The notes under the pieces are model-generated. The model saw only the letters and a program-made list of their open reading frames with translations. It was not told the DNA's origin and ran no database searches. Made by a program: the position numbers and the translations under genes. Below, one piece after another: positions 22,745 to 38,150 of a DNA stretch of 64,000 nucleotides (position 1 is its first letter; each line of letters opens with the position of its first letter). Source of the DNA: Blasia pusilla (lineage: Eukaryota); assembly GCA_050084515.1 (NCBI GenBank), contig CM114271.1, positions 16,802,001 through 16,866,000 on the forward strand. The letters are read 5' to 3'.

Positions 22745-25700
22745 CTACAAGATCATGTGAACGAGGGGTGACGGAGATGAGGATTATCAGGTGGCGAAGG
22801 GATGCGACCTTCGGAATCTAGATGCGCCTTCCCCTGACTTCTTCTTCGTCTTCTTGCATTTGAGGTCGTCAATGATGCGCATGGCGATGGGATTTGAGGC
22901 CAAAATTGATTTTCGGCCGGACTTGGAAATCGACGGTTGGTAAGGGTGGTGAGGTTTCGCGAATCGGAACGCTACGAGCCAGCGATTGTTGCAGTGGATG
23001 GCCATCGCGATGGAGGAGAGTCTTTGAGGGGCTGTATGGGAAGGATTTGAATGAGAGCAGTTCCAATCGAGCTCTCTCCAGCCATGCCTCGAATCAACGA
23101 ATTGTGCGTGAAATCGAGGATCTGCGGCCGCAACCACGATATACCGAGCGAGAGTTCATGGGACTCGTCCACGACGCCCGACTATCGGGTACCCGCCAGT
23201 GCGTTGTGCAGAATCTTTGGAGCCATTAAGGACACGAAGTCGCACAGAGATGCGCCAGATGCAATGAAGTTCGAGGATTGGAATGCATCCTACAGCCAGT
23301 CAAAGCCAGGGAAATCCAAATCACCGCCTGCGGACATGGGAAACTGGAACGCGACCACGCAACCAACGTACACCGTAGCCACTAGCACGCACACCCTTTT
23401 CGGAAACATCCGCCATCCAAAATACGTTCCTCCGTCGGGGTCTAAGAACAGGGGTGTGAGTGCAGGGCAGCGCGCATCTCCCAAAAAAGTGAGATTCAAG
23501 AAAACATAACAGATGTCCAAGCTCAGATTTGGTAAGATCTCACTGAAGAAATGAAAACTGGAGTTTAAGTGCTAGTTCTAACTTCTCAGTGTTCGTAATT
23601 TGTATGCGTCCAGACCTAGCTAGTCAGCGTCGTGCGTACGGAGGCATTTTATGACGCGGAGCAATTGCTGTGATCTTGCCTCTTATCTTAGGAGTTAGAT
23701 CCTCTACGGAGCAACGAGTGTATGGGAGGCTCCTCAATCCAGACGATCAATCCTTGTACAGAAGGATTAGGTTGGTCGTCTTCCAAGTATTAGATCTAGT
23801 CCTGCAGGCAAGCTCTCAAATACTGGTGTCCATAAAACTGGGAGCTCTTGAATCAGAGTTCACCAGGGAACTTTGACACTTTGGGGAGACGATTTTTCAG
23901 GTGGAGAGTTTGATTTGACATCTTGATAGTTCAGATGAATAAGCAATGCATATAGATTCGAGAGGAACGAATTCCGAACCGAATCTCACATAGAAAATTG
24001 ATTCCAGAATCGACTGCAAAATGATGGCCTGGTATGGTAAACTGACTAGTTTCGTTGAAGCTGAACAGGCTTGGAATCCGACCACGCGCTGCACATGGTG
24101 GGGAACTAACAAATGCAATCAATTTCAAAACATCAAGGATCCCAAAAATCTGCCAAGAGTACCAACAGACAAGTATGTGAATGTTCGGGCTTTATACATG
24201 CAACCCCGGAAGCGATGCTTGCCTAAAAAAGTCCCCCTTGAACGGTCTCGAGAAATAAAGCCAAAACGTCGTAAACCATTGCCACCTCCTACAGTCCTAG
24301 CAACACCATGCTCATGCCAGAAAGAGGAACGACGCCAGGACCTAAGTTGCTCTTGCGTCTTTGCCACGTTGCTCTGCTTGGGATCGCAGGCTCAGAGTTG
24401 ATATACATCCGTGGATTTACATTGCTGGAAATATGAACACCTCCAATTATAGCCTCTGACTATAAACTCGGAGCCTTTCCACGTCAAGCCCGATCTCGAG
24501 AGCCATATGCATACAAGTCCCGCTGAAATTGGTCCGCGCATGCTACAAATGGCGCTCCGGAATGAAGGTGACAAACCACCGCCAGGGATTATTCTTGCGA
24601 CTCACTCCGATCCGATCGGAGTTCCTTCTCGCCACGATCATGGAGTGCTCGATTGCAAGCAGACGAGCTACGGCCAGCCGCACCTCTTATCGTGTACGTG
24701 CATCAATCTATCGACACAAATCTTTACAGACAGCCGGTTGATCAAGAAATGTAAAACGTGCACCAGTGACCATTCGACGCCTGCCCCGAGAGACTAATTG
24801 CCAGAGGATTTGACAGCTTGGGACGGGGATCCTTCCACGGCTGTTAATATCAAAGATGTGAAACAAATGTGTAATATAGAGTTCCATCTCCAGCTCTCTA
24901 GATCGACGATGAGCCGCAATCTCGGACCGACAAAAACTCAGAAATTTGTGAGGCGACTCGAGCTTCAATTCAGATGTCTATTTCCCGCGGATGCGCTCAA
25001 TCCTCTACATCACGGTCCACCAATCTCTGGCCTGTTCGTCATTATCACTACGTTCTGGAAATAGACCCGCACATGCCATTGAACATAGAATATATTAATG
25101 TCATAGAGACCGACTGAACAACATTCGACTGCGGTATCCAATGCCGGGGCTTTACTTTTAGTGCGTTTTACTCGTTACAATCTCAATAATCTTGCGAAGC
25201 TCCTACTCCTTACATCTGAGTAAGAGATGCGCATATTGTGTCACACGTTCAAATTTCAATCAGAAACTCAGAGATCCCGTTGATGTGGTGTAATTCGTGG
25301 AAGTCTTTTCTATTGTGCCAAGACCTACCCTAATCTTTACGGTTGAAAGAGTTGTGCAGAGCCCTTAGTTTTCATCGCACGCTTCAATGTTATTCAGCAT
25401 TCCTTGCGCTCATATTGAACTGGAGTAATTTGTGGAATTCTGTATTTATTCGCTTAAAGTGCATGAACTTGGTATGCATCGTGTCACTTCTGCAGCTCGT
25501 CTGAAATTGTGGATCATGAGATGTGAACCCATGTGACAGTTTCTTCTCCGCTAACCTTCGTACAATTGGATTTTATGCATACATTACTTCTCATTAATTT
25601 CCATATTTCCTATTCGTACATAATCCAGGTAATGGAGGTTTGAACCCTCTTCCCAGATTGGAGTGCGGCGAAAAGAACGGTCTTCCCATATATACGCTTC

Positions 25701-28059
25701 CCATCCTTGAGCTACGGAGGCGTTCCCATAGCCTACGAAGAAATCGTCAAATCTACACATGAAAGCCATAAAAGTCTTTATTATAGAGTGAGTGCCCCCT
25801 CACAAAGGTGAACGGTGCAAAGAGCATTCTATTTTTTCAAAAGCTTCGTAAAGTAAGTAAACGTCTAATCATGCACTCCACTATTGAATATCCACTCCGC
25901 TTAGTAAGCTAGACCTTAACGAGCCACAGCCGCTAACATACATGTAAATTTTTTTATAATACCGGTACACGGTATTATAAAAATCACACGGTATTACAGT
26001 GTAGTGTGATGGTAAATATTAATTAAAATATCTGAACAAATGCATGGTGCTTGAATTATCATAGTTTTTATGAATAAATTTATTTCAAATAGAAGTTTTT
26101 GTTCATTTATATTATCATAGGAGAATGCATTTCATTTAAAAACTTGGCATTATGGACAAAGATCATATTTTTTATAGATAAAATTTAGAAGAGGATTTCA
26201 CCATTTTGCAGATTAATTAAGTGAAATTAATGTAAACACATAGTTGGCACGGGCCTACGCTGTGAAAACATCCTCCATGGATGTTTAAATTTCTATTAGA
26301 TTAAACATAAATTAAGAAAAATTGAGAATAATAAAATAAATTGGCGGTAAAAGTGAGATAATGGGACACGAATGTGTGAAAAAAAAAATTTAAATGTATT
26401 TGTAGCATAGATTCAGAAGTGGGAATCCGAAGGCGCAAGAGAATTGTCCAGAGCATTCCACGAACTGATCACCTCTACTGCTGATCGTCGGACTCGTAAA
26501 TACCACTACTCCACACCGAATCCACAACCAAGAAACGAATCCCTGTCAGACGCTTCTGATGACTGTTGGACAAACAACTGTTGCACCACCTTCCGAAAGA
26601 AGAAAGAATCCCTGCGCGTTTTTCTTCCCTGGAAGATTCACATCTCTCTAGAAAGTCGATCAGATTGATTGCGCCATGCGGCCCAGCAGCACGTCCGCGA
26701 ACCTCGCTTCAGGATCTCGGCCGCTCAGTATGGTTGTCCGGGGCGTGCGCGTTGATCAATCGATGGGCGCTCATCGTGAGGCTGAAGCTCTTGAGAATGG
26801 CTCTCTGGTGGATCACGGGATTGCAGAGGCTTTTCAAGTGGTCAAATACGACGCGTCTCAAACACAAATCTTCACCGGCAGACACCCACCGTCTCTCGAT
26901 TTCTCTTCAATCTCTCAGATTTTTTGCTTCAGATTCTCTCCTGTCCTTCAATTCGTCTTCATAAGGTTCAACCCCCACTGATATCAACGATTAATAACAG
27001 TACGAATGGAAGGAAACGATTGATAGTATTACGAATGAGACAAGGAATGATAAACAAGTAACGATACGACTAATCTAAGGAAAGAAGGCATTGCGATAAC
27101 ATAAGATTTAAACCAGCGGAATATTACTCAGTTCACGTGATGCTAAACAAACATCACATGATGGTGTTCTGGAGTGGATTTCAAATATTAGTAAGAATGA
27201 AGTCAGAAACATTTGTGGTGTTATGACACCTAGCCAATCGGCAGAAACAATTGATTTTTAGAACAATATAGAATAAACATTCAAACGTGAAAGGGAACTT
27301 TAATTCGAACTAGGACGGTAAATTGATCTCCCGGTGCATGCGCCATGACACGTAATAACTCGAGTGGTGAGCAGGGTTCGGGAGTTTTTCCACGGAACCG
27401 GGTATTTGCCGGTATGTCATAACGGTAAAACCGGATTCCGGGAGTCTTTCCATGGGAACCGGATTTTTCGGCTCTCCCCTCAAGGAATCATAAATTAAGA
27501 ACTATACGTTAACCACGCGTACAAAAATGGTACGCGTGGTTAACTACGGTTGGTCGATGAATGAAAGAATGCGCGGCGAAATTTCAGCCGCCTAACTTCA
27601 CTAGAGGAATTGAATTTTCCCCCGGATCGCCACAATATTCACACTTAGATCCGATTGGGGGACCAGTGCGACCCGGTGCAATCACTGTTCGACAGGGAAT
27701 CCTAAAAGCCACACGTCCAGTTCTCCCTACGTAGTACATCCCGACTACTTTCGGGAGTCAAGCCAAGACGAGATTTTGCACCACCGAGCACACCCTACCC
27801 TATCTACTTCATCCTAGCATGACCGAGTTGCTCAGAGTAAATTTTAATTTAAGCTGACGATGGATCCTGAATGATCGACTTAACACGTGTGACGCGTGCC
27901 TACCTCTGGATCTAGAACGCTAGCTAGTCTTTTTCCCGCGGATCCGAAGCGGAATTTTGTTTGCCTAAAGCGGAACTCTACAAAGGTAGACTTTTTTCTG
28001 CGGATCTGGTGTAGCCTATGCTGGAGATCGATTAGCTAGACCTAAACCGGACACGGAGG

Positions 28060-31000
28060 CTAGAAGAGTATGGGTATGATGGGATCGAAAGGCCCAACGA
28101 AAATGGGACTGGTGACGGTGTGGACGGCGAACTCATCGGTCCACGTGATGGATCCGAAGCTTTCAGTGTCTGGAAATAGAACTTCCATGGACACGTTGAA
28201 CGAGAGGCGCTCGTTGACTCGAGTGAAATTCAACGTGGAAGGGGTGACGGTGATGAAAACTCCATCCGGCGAGTTCACGGTCACCTCGTAGTTGGAGATC
28301 GCGGGGCCGACGTTCGTGACTGTTCGAATCACGCTGGGCGTAGCCTTGGCGAGTGTGCTCAACCCAATCGATGGGTAGTTCAGCTCCTGGGGGCCCGTTA
28401 GTTTTTCGGGGCATGAACGCCAGCGGTTTTGGCTCGTGATTGCTCGGAATTGATCGTCCGTGTAATTCAGGTTACACAGAAAGATCGCATAGTCTTCGCC
28501 CTCCAGATCGTAAACCAGGCCGGGGTCCACGGCGCCCAGCACGTTTATGTATCCCGATCCCCAGTCGAAGACGTCACCGGCGCTCAAAGGAGTCGCTGCA
28601 AAACCACGGCCAATTTATGCGATAGTCCTCGGGTCAGCTAATGGCAAAAGCATCTTCTCAACTATACATCACATGATACCGGCAAAAGGAATGTTGTTGT
28701 AATGGGAATGCAAGCTTCTCGTCATTTAATCAAAGCGCTTCCGAGATATTGTGTGAAAATTCTGAGGACTCCTAAGGAACCGATCCTCACGACGAGACCC
28801 TGCAATATCTCAATCACACGTTCGTTTATGCATCAATCGGTCGGTAGTGTAGTGATTGAAACTTGTTCCCACCTCGTCGAATTTCTGCGAAGAGTGTGAC
28901 CGACTAATCACGGATTGCCGTTATTGGCAAACGAGTTTCGAAGTTTCATTATTTGTTTTTATTTCAGGTCTTCGAGAATGAGGTTTGGAGTCAAAAGCTG
29001 TCCTGCGAATGAGTGCGAGTCGCAACTTTTTTAATGTGAGAGACAGTACTGTACCCGTGGTCATGATAGCAGACTTGATCGCTGCCGGACTCCAATCTCT
29101 ATGCTTGGCCTTTACGATCGCTGCCGCCCCGCTCGCATGTGGGCAGGCCATCGATGTGCCGGAAATCACAGTGTATTTGGTGGTGCGAGTACCTTCGGGT
29201 GTCAGCACGCCTTCGAACTCTGTCCAAGCTCCCAAGATGTCCACCCCAGGTGCAGCGATATCGGGCTATACATGCAACCATGTTCAACATTTTCTAAACG
29301 TGAAAAGGGGCAGTTTAGTCCTGCGAATGTCTGCGTTTAATAATAATTAAACGTAGACATTCGCAGATTCATATGGCATTGCGCGCGCGTCGCTGTAACT
29401 GATCGACCAAACTTCACGATCTACTGCCTGAAAAACGGGATCGGGTGTTAGCAAGGATTGAAATAAATACCTTGAGAAGAGCAAATGAGACGTAATAGGG
29501 ACCGCGCGACGAAAATTCTGCTACCACCGGACCGTCACTCTCTTTCAGAATCGTTTTGGTCCTTCTAATGGTCGCAGTGGGAGTAGTGTTCGAGCTGTGA
29601 TGACAATAGGGAAGCACGGGTATGAGTATTCGATCGTAATCTTCAATAATCTCAGCTGCGGGAAACGATGAAAAAAACAATACATTCTGTGCGCTCTCAA
29701 TTCGTATGCTCGTGTAAACCGTGCATATCTCGGAAATGTGTGTGTTCGGGGCCACACCTTCGGCAGTTTGAGAGGTAGTAATCCAACGCTGTCCTTTCCG
29801 CAACGCCAGCCGTCGGAATGGGAGACACATATTGCTCCCATCGGAATGAATATGGGTAACGTGCTGTGCTGGAGAATCCGGAATCAATCAGAATGAGACC
29901 ACTTCCGTTGGCATCTTTCACTGTTTGATCTGCTGAAAAGGGAACCAACGATCCATTTGGGCTCGGGTAAACGTTTGCGTCATAACAGATCACTATCTTC
30001 CCCGCCGCTTTCTTGCTGTCGAGTGAGCCTGGTACGCAGTAACTGCAAGAGGTGGAAATCAGACAGTGAGCAAACGCGCGATCGAGTGCGCACTGTTTTC
30101 CTTGCTAGGTACACGACGCCCGTACGCCTGCCCTCAACCACGGAACCCATCAATCAGCCTAAAATGGGTTCTGTGTGAATCTGCAGTTGACATTTCTACA
30201 GATGAACACACACTGTCTAGAAGAACCATATTAGATCGATGATGGTGAGGCACTCAACCACTTACTCTGTAAAATTTGCCCCATCTGCTGGAATCTCAGT
30301 TGCATCCACAATTGGCAGCGACTTCTCCTCGAAGTCGAATTGCTTTACACCTCCCCCCTGCTCGCGCGCACGGATTCAATTAGAAAACGAGGTAGCGTCA
30401 TCGGACCTGCATTCGAAAATAGAGCGATGGTGTCTACCTGTAGATCGAAAGATCTCGGTATTAATAGCTTATGGCGCGCGGCGCTATGAACCGATCATGG
30501 ATCGATGCAGCAGAACAGGCGCTGCTTTGAACCTTGAGATCCTGGTACGTGCATCGATGTCCTCAACCGCGGCGGTGGCGATGAGATCCAGTTCAAAGAA
30601 CCGTGAAAGAGGAGCAGGCGCGGCACCCGCACATGGCGCCGTGAGAGAATCGGAAGCAAACGCAATGAATTTAAACACGTTCTGTACACTGTAAGGTCGA
30701 AAGTCATGTGAGAATCGAGCAGCTACTGACCTGGATGATGGTGCCATCCCCTAGTTCTATTTCGGCGACGAATTCTCGATCCATGGTACTTGCTGCGACA
30801 GTGAGAATCCAAGGTGCACCGTTGTTGAGTGTTCCAAATGCAGGCCCGTCATTCCCGGCAGAGGCCGAAAAGAGGATGCCTTTAAGAGCTGCGTGGTAAG
30901 CTCCGATTGCGATCATGTCATTGTAGTAATCCGGTTGCCCTCCACCTCCGATGCTGAAGGAGATGATGTCCACTCCGTCGTGGACTGCCTGGTCGATCGC

Positions 31001-33293
31001 AGCTAGTAGGTCTGCTTCCGCACCTATTCCCTCCCAAATCGCCTTGTAGACGGCGATTCTCGCGGCGGGTGCTCCGCCGGAGGCGGTACCCCGGGCGAGT
31101 CCAAAGAAGCTCGCATTGGCAACCCTTGCACCCGCAGCAGTGGACGCACAAAACGTGCCGTGGCCTAGTGTGTCCCGGGCGGAACGTAAGCCGATATTCC
31201 CACGAGGGAACTCGGGATTGCTCTCAAACGCTTTGCTGAACCATCGCGCACCTATGATCTTCCTGTAGGCATTTCAAGTAACAAGGAACGTAAGGGGTCG
31301 AGGACGTCGGAATTCGAGATCGGTCCTATCAGTTTCACTCACGAATTCACTGAAGACGACGAGTTTGGAAACTTTGAATTGTGCGCACATGTCTGCTAAA
31401 TCACACAGCGTCGCGCATGTTGCGAACAGTTCTTACTTGTTGCAGTGCTTGCGAGGATCAAATTGCTCTCCCTTGATGCATTTGCCCTTCCATCTCTTAG
31501 GAATGCAGGAGAGTCCTTCATCATTGAAGCTTTCAGACTCGGGCCAGATGCCTGATGCACAGGCGCACACATTTCGTATTCCTCAATCTCCGGTGCAAGA
31601 AAGAAAGAAAGAATGAGCAATAAAATGACGCTCCCTAGACAGATATCTAGAACGATGAATCAGAAACATGTTGCCTACCCAATCAATCAGACCATGATCT
31701 ACATAAATCATGTCAACGCTCCGGAGCCCTTGGCCACCAGTTACAATGCAGTCACCTTGATGAAACTGTGTGCTCTCTTTTGTTGGTTAATTTTAAGAAT
31801 CCAATTTGGAAACCGTGTCTATAGCGTGCTAGCAAATAGAATGGCAAAATACCCGAGTCAATGAGACCGATTATGACGTCTTCCCCGAATGAAGTGTTTG
31901 GCCAAATCCCAGAATTCGGGTTTAACCCAAGGGATGTCCAAGTCCTCGTGGTTTTGGTTTTCAAATACCGACTTGGCCCAATAGATATAACTTCTGGCAG
32001 TTCTGCAAGCCATGATTACATACGTAAGAGACTCAGAGAGAAATCCGGATTTATGGTCATGACCAATGTCGACATGATGAAATGCCAATCTTGCAACAAA
32101 GCAGAGTGATTTGAACGCCTGTGGGGGATATTCAATAGATTCTTTCGCTTTTATTCTTATTGTAGAAGATCCGGATTCGGACTGACGATTAAACTCCAAG
32201 AAAAAGAAACTACAACACACTAGTGCATTCGATTATTGTTATTCGCTAGACGGCTCCCCAGAGTAACATTGTAGAGAAATTACTAATTCCAGAGATATCG
32301 ATTCCAGACTATGCTCGCGGTGCGCGAGAGAATCAATGATTGCGCGAATGAAAGAGGAGAATTTTCCAACTTACTGCCGAGGACCTCTGCTTGAGTAGGT
32401 GTGAGCAAAGCTGAGAATCCGCTGAAGCCATGCTTGTAATGGTACAAGACACTGTCCAAAATTTTCTGGTTGCTGCATTTTGCCATACACCATAGCCAGT
32501 CAGCCTCAGCTATGAAATGAGGACCCTCTCGAGCAGTCGATTTTATGACTTCCTCGCCATCCGACTCTCGAAGTTTTCATGCTCAAAGAGTTGTGTTATT
32601 TCTCATTTCTTTTTAGCCTCACTCCATCGAGCGGTCATTGATGATTACAAGAAAACCCAAGCAAATTTGCAGTACTTGTGCAACCCTAAACCCTAAACCG
32701 TGAAAAGCTCTGAACGGGCTGCTCAAGATTCCTCCATGGCCAGGTGGTGGCGAATTCGTTAGACTCGTCTTTCGAGATCGGGAGACTTGTTTCTGGATGG
32801 ATTTCGAAGGAGTCTTTACCTCTCAAAGACATGTGACAAGACATGGTGGTGAGCCGAGTGCGTGGCTTCAATGCTCGGATGGTTGTTTGCACCCATATAG
32901 GCAATATACACCTGCGAGAAACATCTGAAGATTTAAGACGAGAGTATTTGGACACATCCACACTAAAGCTCCAGAATGCGCTGAATTCGAAGTCCTCATG
33001 CATGTACCCTATCTCAATCTAGCCTCCGCGCAAAGTTCTAGGCCATGCTCCTCAGGATATACCGCAAGTGCATATCAATTAATGGTGATGATCTCGGAGC
33101 TTTCTATGTAAGCGGATACACGAGAGCCGTGATGATCACAGGTTATGACCGCGCTAAGACCTGGAGGCTGGAAAGAAAATTTCACTACCTTAGCTTGTTG
33201 CGCGTCTGCACCATCGGCATGGTAGAATGCGAATTGGGAAAGCGCTCCTAGAAGCAGAAACAATGCAAGCGGTTGAGGCATCCGGATCTTCAT
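28060..33293 (-). CDS. Subtilisin-like serine protease (plant S8 subtilase), ~11-12 exons
   Basis: Signal-peptide exon [23 protein letters not shown]...AK|gt (~33189-33293); I9 prodomain VYIAYMG (~32820-32911) and [12 protein letters not shown]; catalytic D in [17 protein letters not shown] in [26 protein letters not shown] in [11 protein letters not shown]-terminal Fn3-like LNYPSI...RTVTNVG. GT-AG introns; internal exon boundaries approximate. Confidence 0.92.
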
Positions 33294-34344
33294 GTTCGAA
33301 GTCTGAAACCTTTGCGAATTCCACACTTGCGACTGAGCCTGCCACAATTAATGTCGAAATATAATCCGTACACACAGCTATGGAATTCTCACTATGAAGC
33401 CAACGCTACCCGCTAATGGCAGCCTGACTCGAGTCCACTCACTCGATCCGAGTTCCGAAACAATGATTCTAGTAATTCCGTTTCTACGTACGCTACGATA
33501 CTCCCGTTGTGGATCAAATATCATCTGCAGCTAGAATCGTCTCTGTCTGAGTCCAGATCGCTCGACTGAAATGTATTAACGTATCAATATTTAGTTTCTC
33601 CTGTAGAATATGCTGAGCTGACCCATCGGTCCTCTACGCAAGGAAGTCTGAAGCTGGCTACGTTGATCGAGAGCATGAATGGAGATTGGTTTTTCCCTAC
33701 GCTTGGGCCGGATCGAAGACGTCTGAAAGCGTCAGAAATCCTCGACACGTTCAAACTACCTCTTGACCTGCCTAAGCCAATTGTCCTCCTACCATCGATA
33801 TCTGTGCTAGGGGCTGAGGTTTCTTATATACAGGAATGTTTTCGGAGACACGTAAGATAGCGCCAGCTGTGATACGGCCTTTACGCATGCGTTGGGTTAG
33901 AGCTGACTGAGTATTACTAAGGTTAAGGTAATTCAGGTGCTGCGGGTCGGCTCAAGGGGGGGGGTCCTTGATTGAGCGACTACGTCACAAGGCTCGGACA
34001 GTACCGGCATCCTTTGTAAAGGCTGCCGGCAGAAATGAAGATTTTCCGACGAGCAGCTTTTAGGCCCGGGGACAAAACCGGAGAGGGAAGAGGTAGCGCC
34101 GGCAGGGAGATGCCTGAAGTCTTGAACGCCGGCCAGATTGACGAAGCCGGTTGGACTTTCCCGGCAGTGTAACCGGGATGTATTCAAACTGCCAGGCATT
34201 TTCCGACCGGAGGAAGGAGGTGCCGGGGCCCGACAGGTGTCAAGAGGGTAGTGGACAAGGGGGGGAGTGTGCAGGTTCATCCGGCCGTCCCTTCTAAGTG
34301 CGGATGATAGGAATCATCGGACGGCGGTGGGAACCGGGACTTGC

Positions 34345-35110
34345 GAGTCGGGGAGAGGGAGGCAGGGAGTAGGGTCGAGCCCGGTCGACCGTGTTCGTCT
34401 CATTTGCAAATGAGACCGTGTTCGACTTTTGCAGCAAATTCTGCTGAGCCTGCTCTCTCCTCCCTGGTTGCTCTCTGCCCGTGGCCGCGTGACTTGCGTC
34501 TGTGCTTTCTCGTGCAGCCTGCTGTCAAATGCTCGCAAATCGCCGCCTTGGCGCCATGCCCGCACAAATGCGCTCAAATCGTCGCTTTGGCGCCTAGGGA
34601 TCGGACTCATCGGAGCTTCAGCCTTCTCAGCATTGCGGCAAAGACAGACAAGCACCCTCATCGGCTCATCCTCGATTCCTCATCGTGCTCTCTGTCTCAG
34701 ACGCTGCCACAGTTCGGTGACCTTCGGAAGTTCGGATGCTGGTACTGTCCGAGCCTTGGTCGTGAGAGAGGGAGGCAGGGGAGTAGGGGTCGAGCCCGGT
34801 CGACCGTGCTCGAGGCATTTGCCGCATTTGCAACCTTATGATGTTTTGCAGCAAATTCTGCTCTCTCCTCCCTGGCTGCTCTCTCCCCGTGGCCGCGTGA
34901 CCCGCGTCTGTGCTTTCTCTTGCAGTCTGTGCTTTCTCTTGCAGCCCTGCTTGTCTGCTCGTCGTCGCCTTGGGCGCCTAGGGATCAGACTCATCGGAGC
35001 TTCAGCCTTCTCGTTAATCTCTCGGCATTGCGGCAAAGACAGACAAGCACCCTCATCGGCTCATCCTCATCGCGCTCTCTGTCTCAGACGCTGCCACAGT
35101 TCGGTGACCT
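34345..35110 (+). repeat. ~380-bp tandem duplication inside the hAT element
   Basis: GAGAGGGAGGCAGGGAGTAGGGTCGAGCCCGGTCGACCGTG...CCACAGTTCGGTGACCTTC at ~34350-34725 and ~34765-35112; partial third copy ~35223-35310. Confidence 0.85.
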
Positions 35111-35908
35111 TCAGTCCAGTCTGGTCCGGAAGCACAACTCACCCGGCGCGAAAAGAGAATAAAGGCCTCACCGTACCTCTTCGGCATCCTCATCAGGGCT
35201 CGGACAGTAATTTTTAGAAGATTAGTTTTTTACATTTAGATCAGGGGAGTAGGGGTCGATTGTGCTCGAGGCATTTTATGAGTTGCAACTCATTTCTGCT
35301 CTCTCCTCCCTGAATCCTGAATGGTCGTGGCCGCATATTTGCTTACTCTCTGCTTGTCTTGGGCGCCTTGTTGCTTGATTGCTCAGTTCTTATTATGTTA
35401 AGCTCAATCTTTGTATTGCTCTCGCTGCTCGATCGCTAATTCACCTTTGCTCCATCTTTTTGTGATTGTAAAGCTTGCCAGCCACCGCACCGTAGGTGAA
35501 AAAAAGTGGAAGAAATCGGACGAAATCGGCTGTCTCATCAACTTCCGGGAGTTGGACAGGCGAGTGTAACTCACTCAGAGTCTCAGACGCTCATCCAAGC
35601 CTCATCCCTGCTATTAGGACTCAGGTTTTGGGACTCGGGAGAGAGTTGGGAGACCACACTTGCATTCTCCTCCTAATCGCCACTCGCTTATTTTCCTGTA
35701 TTCTCTCAGGAGTTAGGGAGTTGGGGCCCGAGGGAGTAGGGGTCAGGGACTTGGGTTTTCGTTGCACTCTTGTATCTCTCTCTCTCTCGCTCTTTGTTGA
35801 AGTTTTGGGAGCCTTTCATTGGTTCTGTAACTTCTATAAACCCTTGAAACCGTTTTAGCCTAAACCCTTTACAAAGGGTTTCAAAGTAGTGAACTCTCAA
35901 AGTTCCTT

Positions 35909-38150
35909 ATGGAGGATATTTCAGCCAACAATGCATATAGGGGTAAGAGACAAAAATCCCTTACTGATATGGGGTTTATGAAGAGGACTGTTAGTGAACC
36001 AGCAGTAGAGACCAACTCATGTGAGGAGATAGATTCTCCTTTAGATCTTGCCTCTTCAAAGATAGAAGAGAACAACAGGCTTTGGAAAGACTCTTGGTAT
36101 CAAGCTTTTGAATGGATTCAATTTGAGCCTCACACGGGGAGGGTATTTTGTAAAGTGTGCAAGGACTCAGGAGGGAAATCTGTATTTGCCACATCCGGAG
36201 CCATCAATGTGAAGATTTCTGCCTTCACAGACCATGGTAAATCCAAGGAACATAAAAAACTGGCTTGGGCTCAGTATAGTGGTAGAAAAACTCTACAGAA
36301 AGCTATTGCAAGCACCAATAGAAACTGTGATTTAGCGGTGCTTAATCTTTTTCGAGGAGCATACTTCATGGCTAAGTATAATATTGCATTTTCCTCATTC
36401 CCTGGTCTCTGTACATTACTCAAATCTGGATCTATGATGCTCACAAAATCGATGTATCAGGATGACAAGACATGTGCACATAAGATAACATGTATTAGTT
36501 TGGTAATTCAAAGATTGCTTCTAGCTAGGGTTAGACTTAGTCCTTTTACGGAATAATGGTAGATGAATCCCGACATATCGATGCAGGACACCTCGTTGCC
36601 TTTGTCACTTACCTTGATGAAGGTCAAGTGTGCACCTCCTTCTTAGGATTGATCAAGGTTGAGAACAAGGATGCCGAGTCCATTTCAGATTGTTTAGTAT
36701 CCTTACTTAGGGAATGGGAATTGAATTTTGAGAAGATGGTTGGTTTTGGGTCTGATGGGGCCAACACTATGGTAGGTAGTAGGAATGGGGTAAGTGCCGT
36801 TTGAAGAGGAATGTTAACCCTTACATGACAAGCGTCCATTGTGTGGCACACCGGACAAACTTAGTTGCTCTTGCAACAGCAAAGAGCCTAGGGTGCAAGG
36901 AACTTAGTGATGAGGTTGATAACATTTTGAATTCTGTTGCATTTTATTTCAAGAAGAGTTCTAAGAGGAAGTCTGGTCTCTCTTCTCTACAAGAGGAGCT
37001 ACGATTCTAGGAAAGTCATGAAACGGTATCGGAAGGTCGGATGGCTTAGCGGTGGCAAGCCGTTACCTCTTTATGTGATAGTTTAGAATCGGTCATGGTC
37101 TACTTTCTGCTTTGTGAACCGAGGGAAGATGATGGAGTAGCTTCACATCTTCTAAAGAGGTTAAAGTCCTTCAAAATGATTTACATTTTATACTTTTGGT
37201 GACATCCTTCATTCTATGGCAATGTTGAGCAAGTTATTCGAGATGAAGTTTGTTGATATATCTAGCGTTGCTTCTATTGTTGAGACCGAGATAGCACATG
37301 TTAGAATGAATTATGTACATGAAAGTGTAGATATGAATGCCTATCTCATTTCTCGATCTAGTGGTTTTCATCTCCTTCCGAACTATGGTCCTAGTGATGG
37401 ATATCTAGCGCTTGCAATCAGAGATAAGGGTTCTTTCTTTCATTCAATCCAAATGGATAGGGATGTGACAGAAAGGATTTAGAAGAAGCTTTTTTTTCGG
37501 AGGAATTTTCTTTGAGGCCATATGTGTAGCTTTGCAAGAAAGGTTTGAAGACAATAACATCATTGGAGGTTTTAAGATCCTCAATCCATCCCAAATGCCT
37601 TCTACCATATCTAGTTTAAGAGATTGGGGTGTGAGAGACTTGGAAATGTTGAGCTCTTTCTATGGACACGAAAAAACCTTGTATGGCGGGGTGAAAAAGC
37701 CTATTCTAGATGGTGCACCCTCAAGAATGAATTCTTGGCCTTCAAGATTCGAGGCCATGACAGAATGGAAGGAGAAGTCCTTCAAGGACTTATGGTGTAT
37801 GGTAAGTGGTAGTCCGATCCTGAAGGCTAAGTATGCTAATCTCTGTATTTTAGGTGATATAGCTAGAGTCCAATGTGTATCAACAAACATCATGTGAGAG
37901 AGCTTTTAGCATTCAGAATGTCATTAAGAATAGGTTAAGAAATAGCTTAACCTCTTATCACTTGGAAGCTTTCTTTGAGGGTTAATATGGAGGGTCCAAA
38001 GAGAATTTTGATGTGGATAAGGTCCTCATTTCTGCTATGGACACATGGAAACAATCAAAGGAATACAGATTTGTATATGCTAATCCAGAGTTGTACATTG
38101 TTCCTCCCGTTGAACTTGAAGCTGCTGAGGAAGGTGAGCTTAACCCTGAC
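35909..38150 (+). pseudogene. hAT transposase (ZNF862-like), multiply frameshifted
   Basis: N-terminal zinc finger FEWI...VFCKVC...HGKSKEH; MVDES, FGSDGANTMVG, HCVAHRTNL, RWLS, and VSTxxCERAFS dimerisation motif, spread across several frames. Confidence 0.9.

Noticed and set aside
22787-25064. Cluster of 100-150 aa ORFs (e.g. 23051-23509, 24021-24401)
   Set aside because: No recognisable domain or confident exon chain; could be a lineage-specific gene but cannot be supported without expression data.
34341-35217. 262-aa and 166-aa ORFs
   Set aside because: By-products of a GC-rich tandem duplication in the hAT subterminal region.
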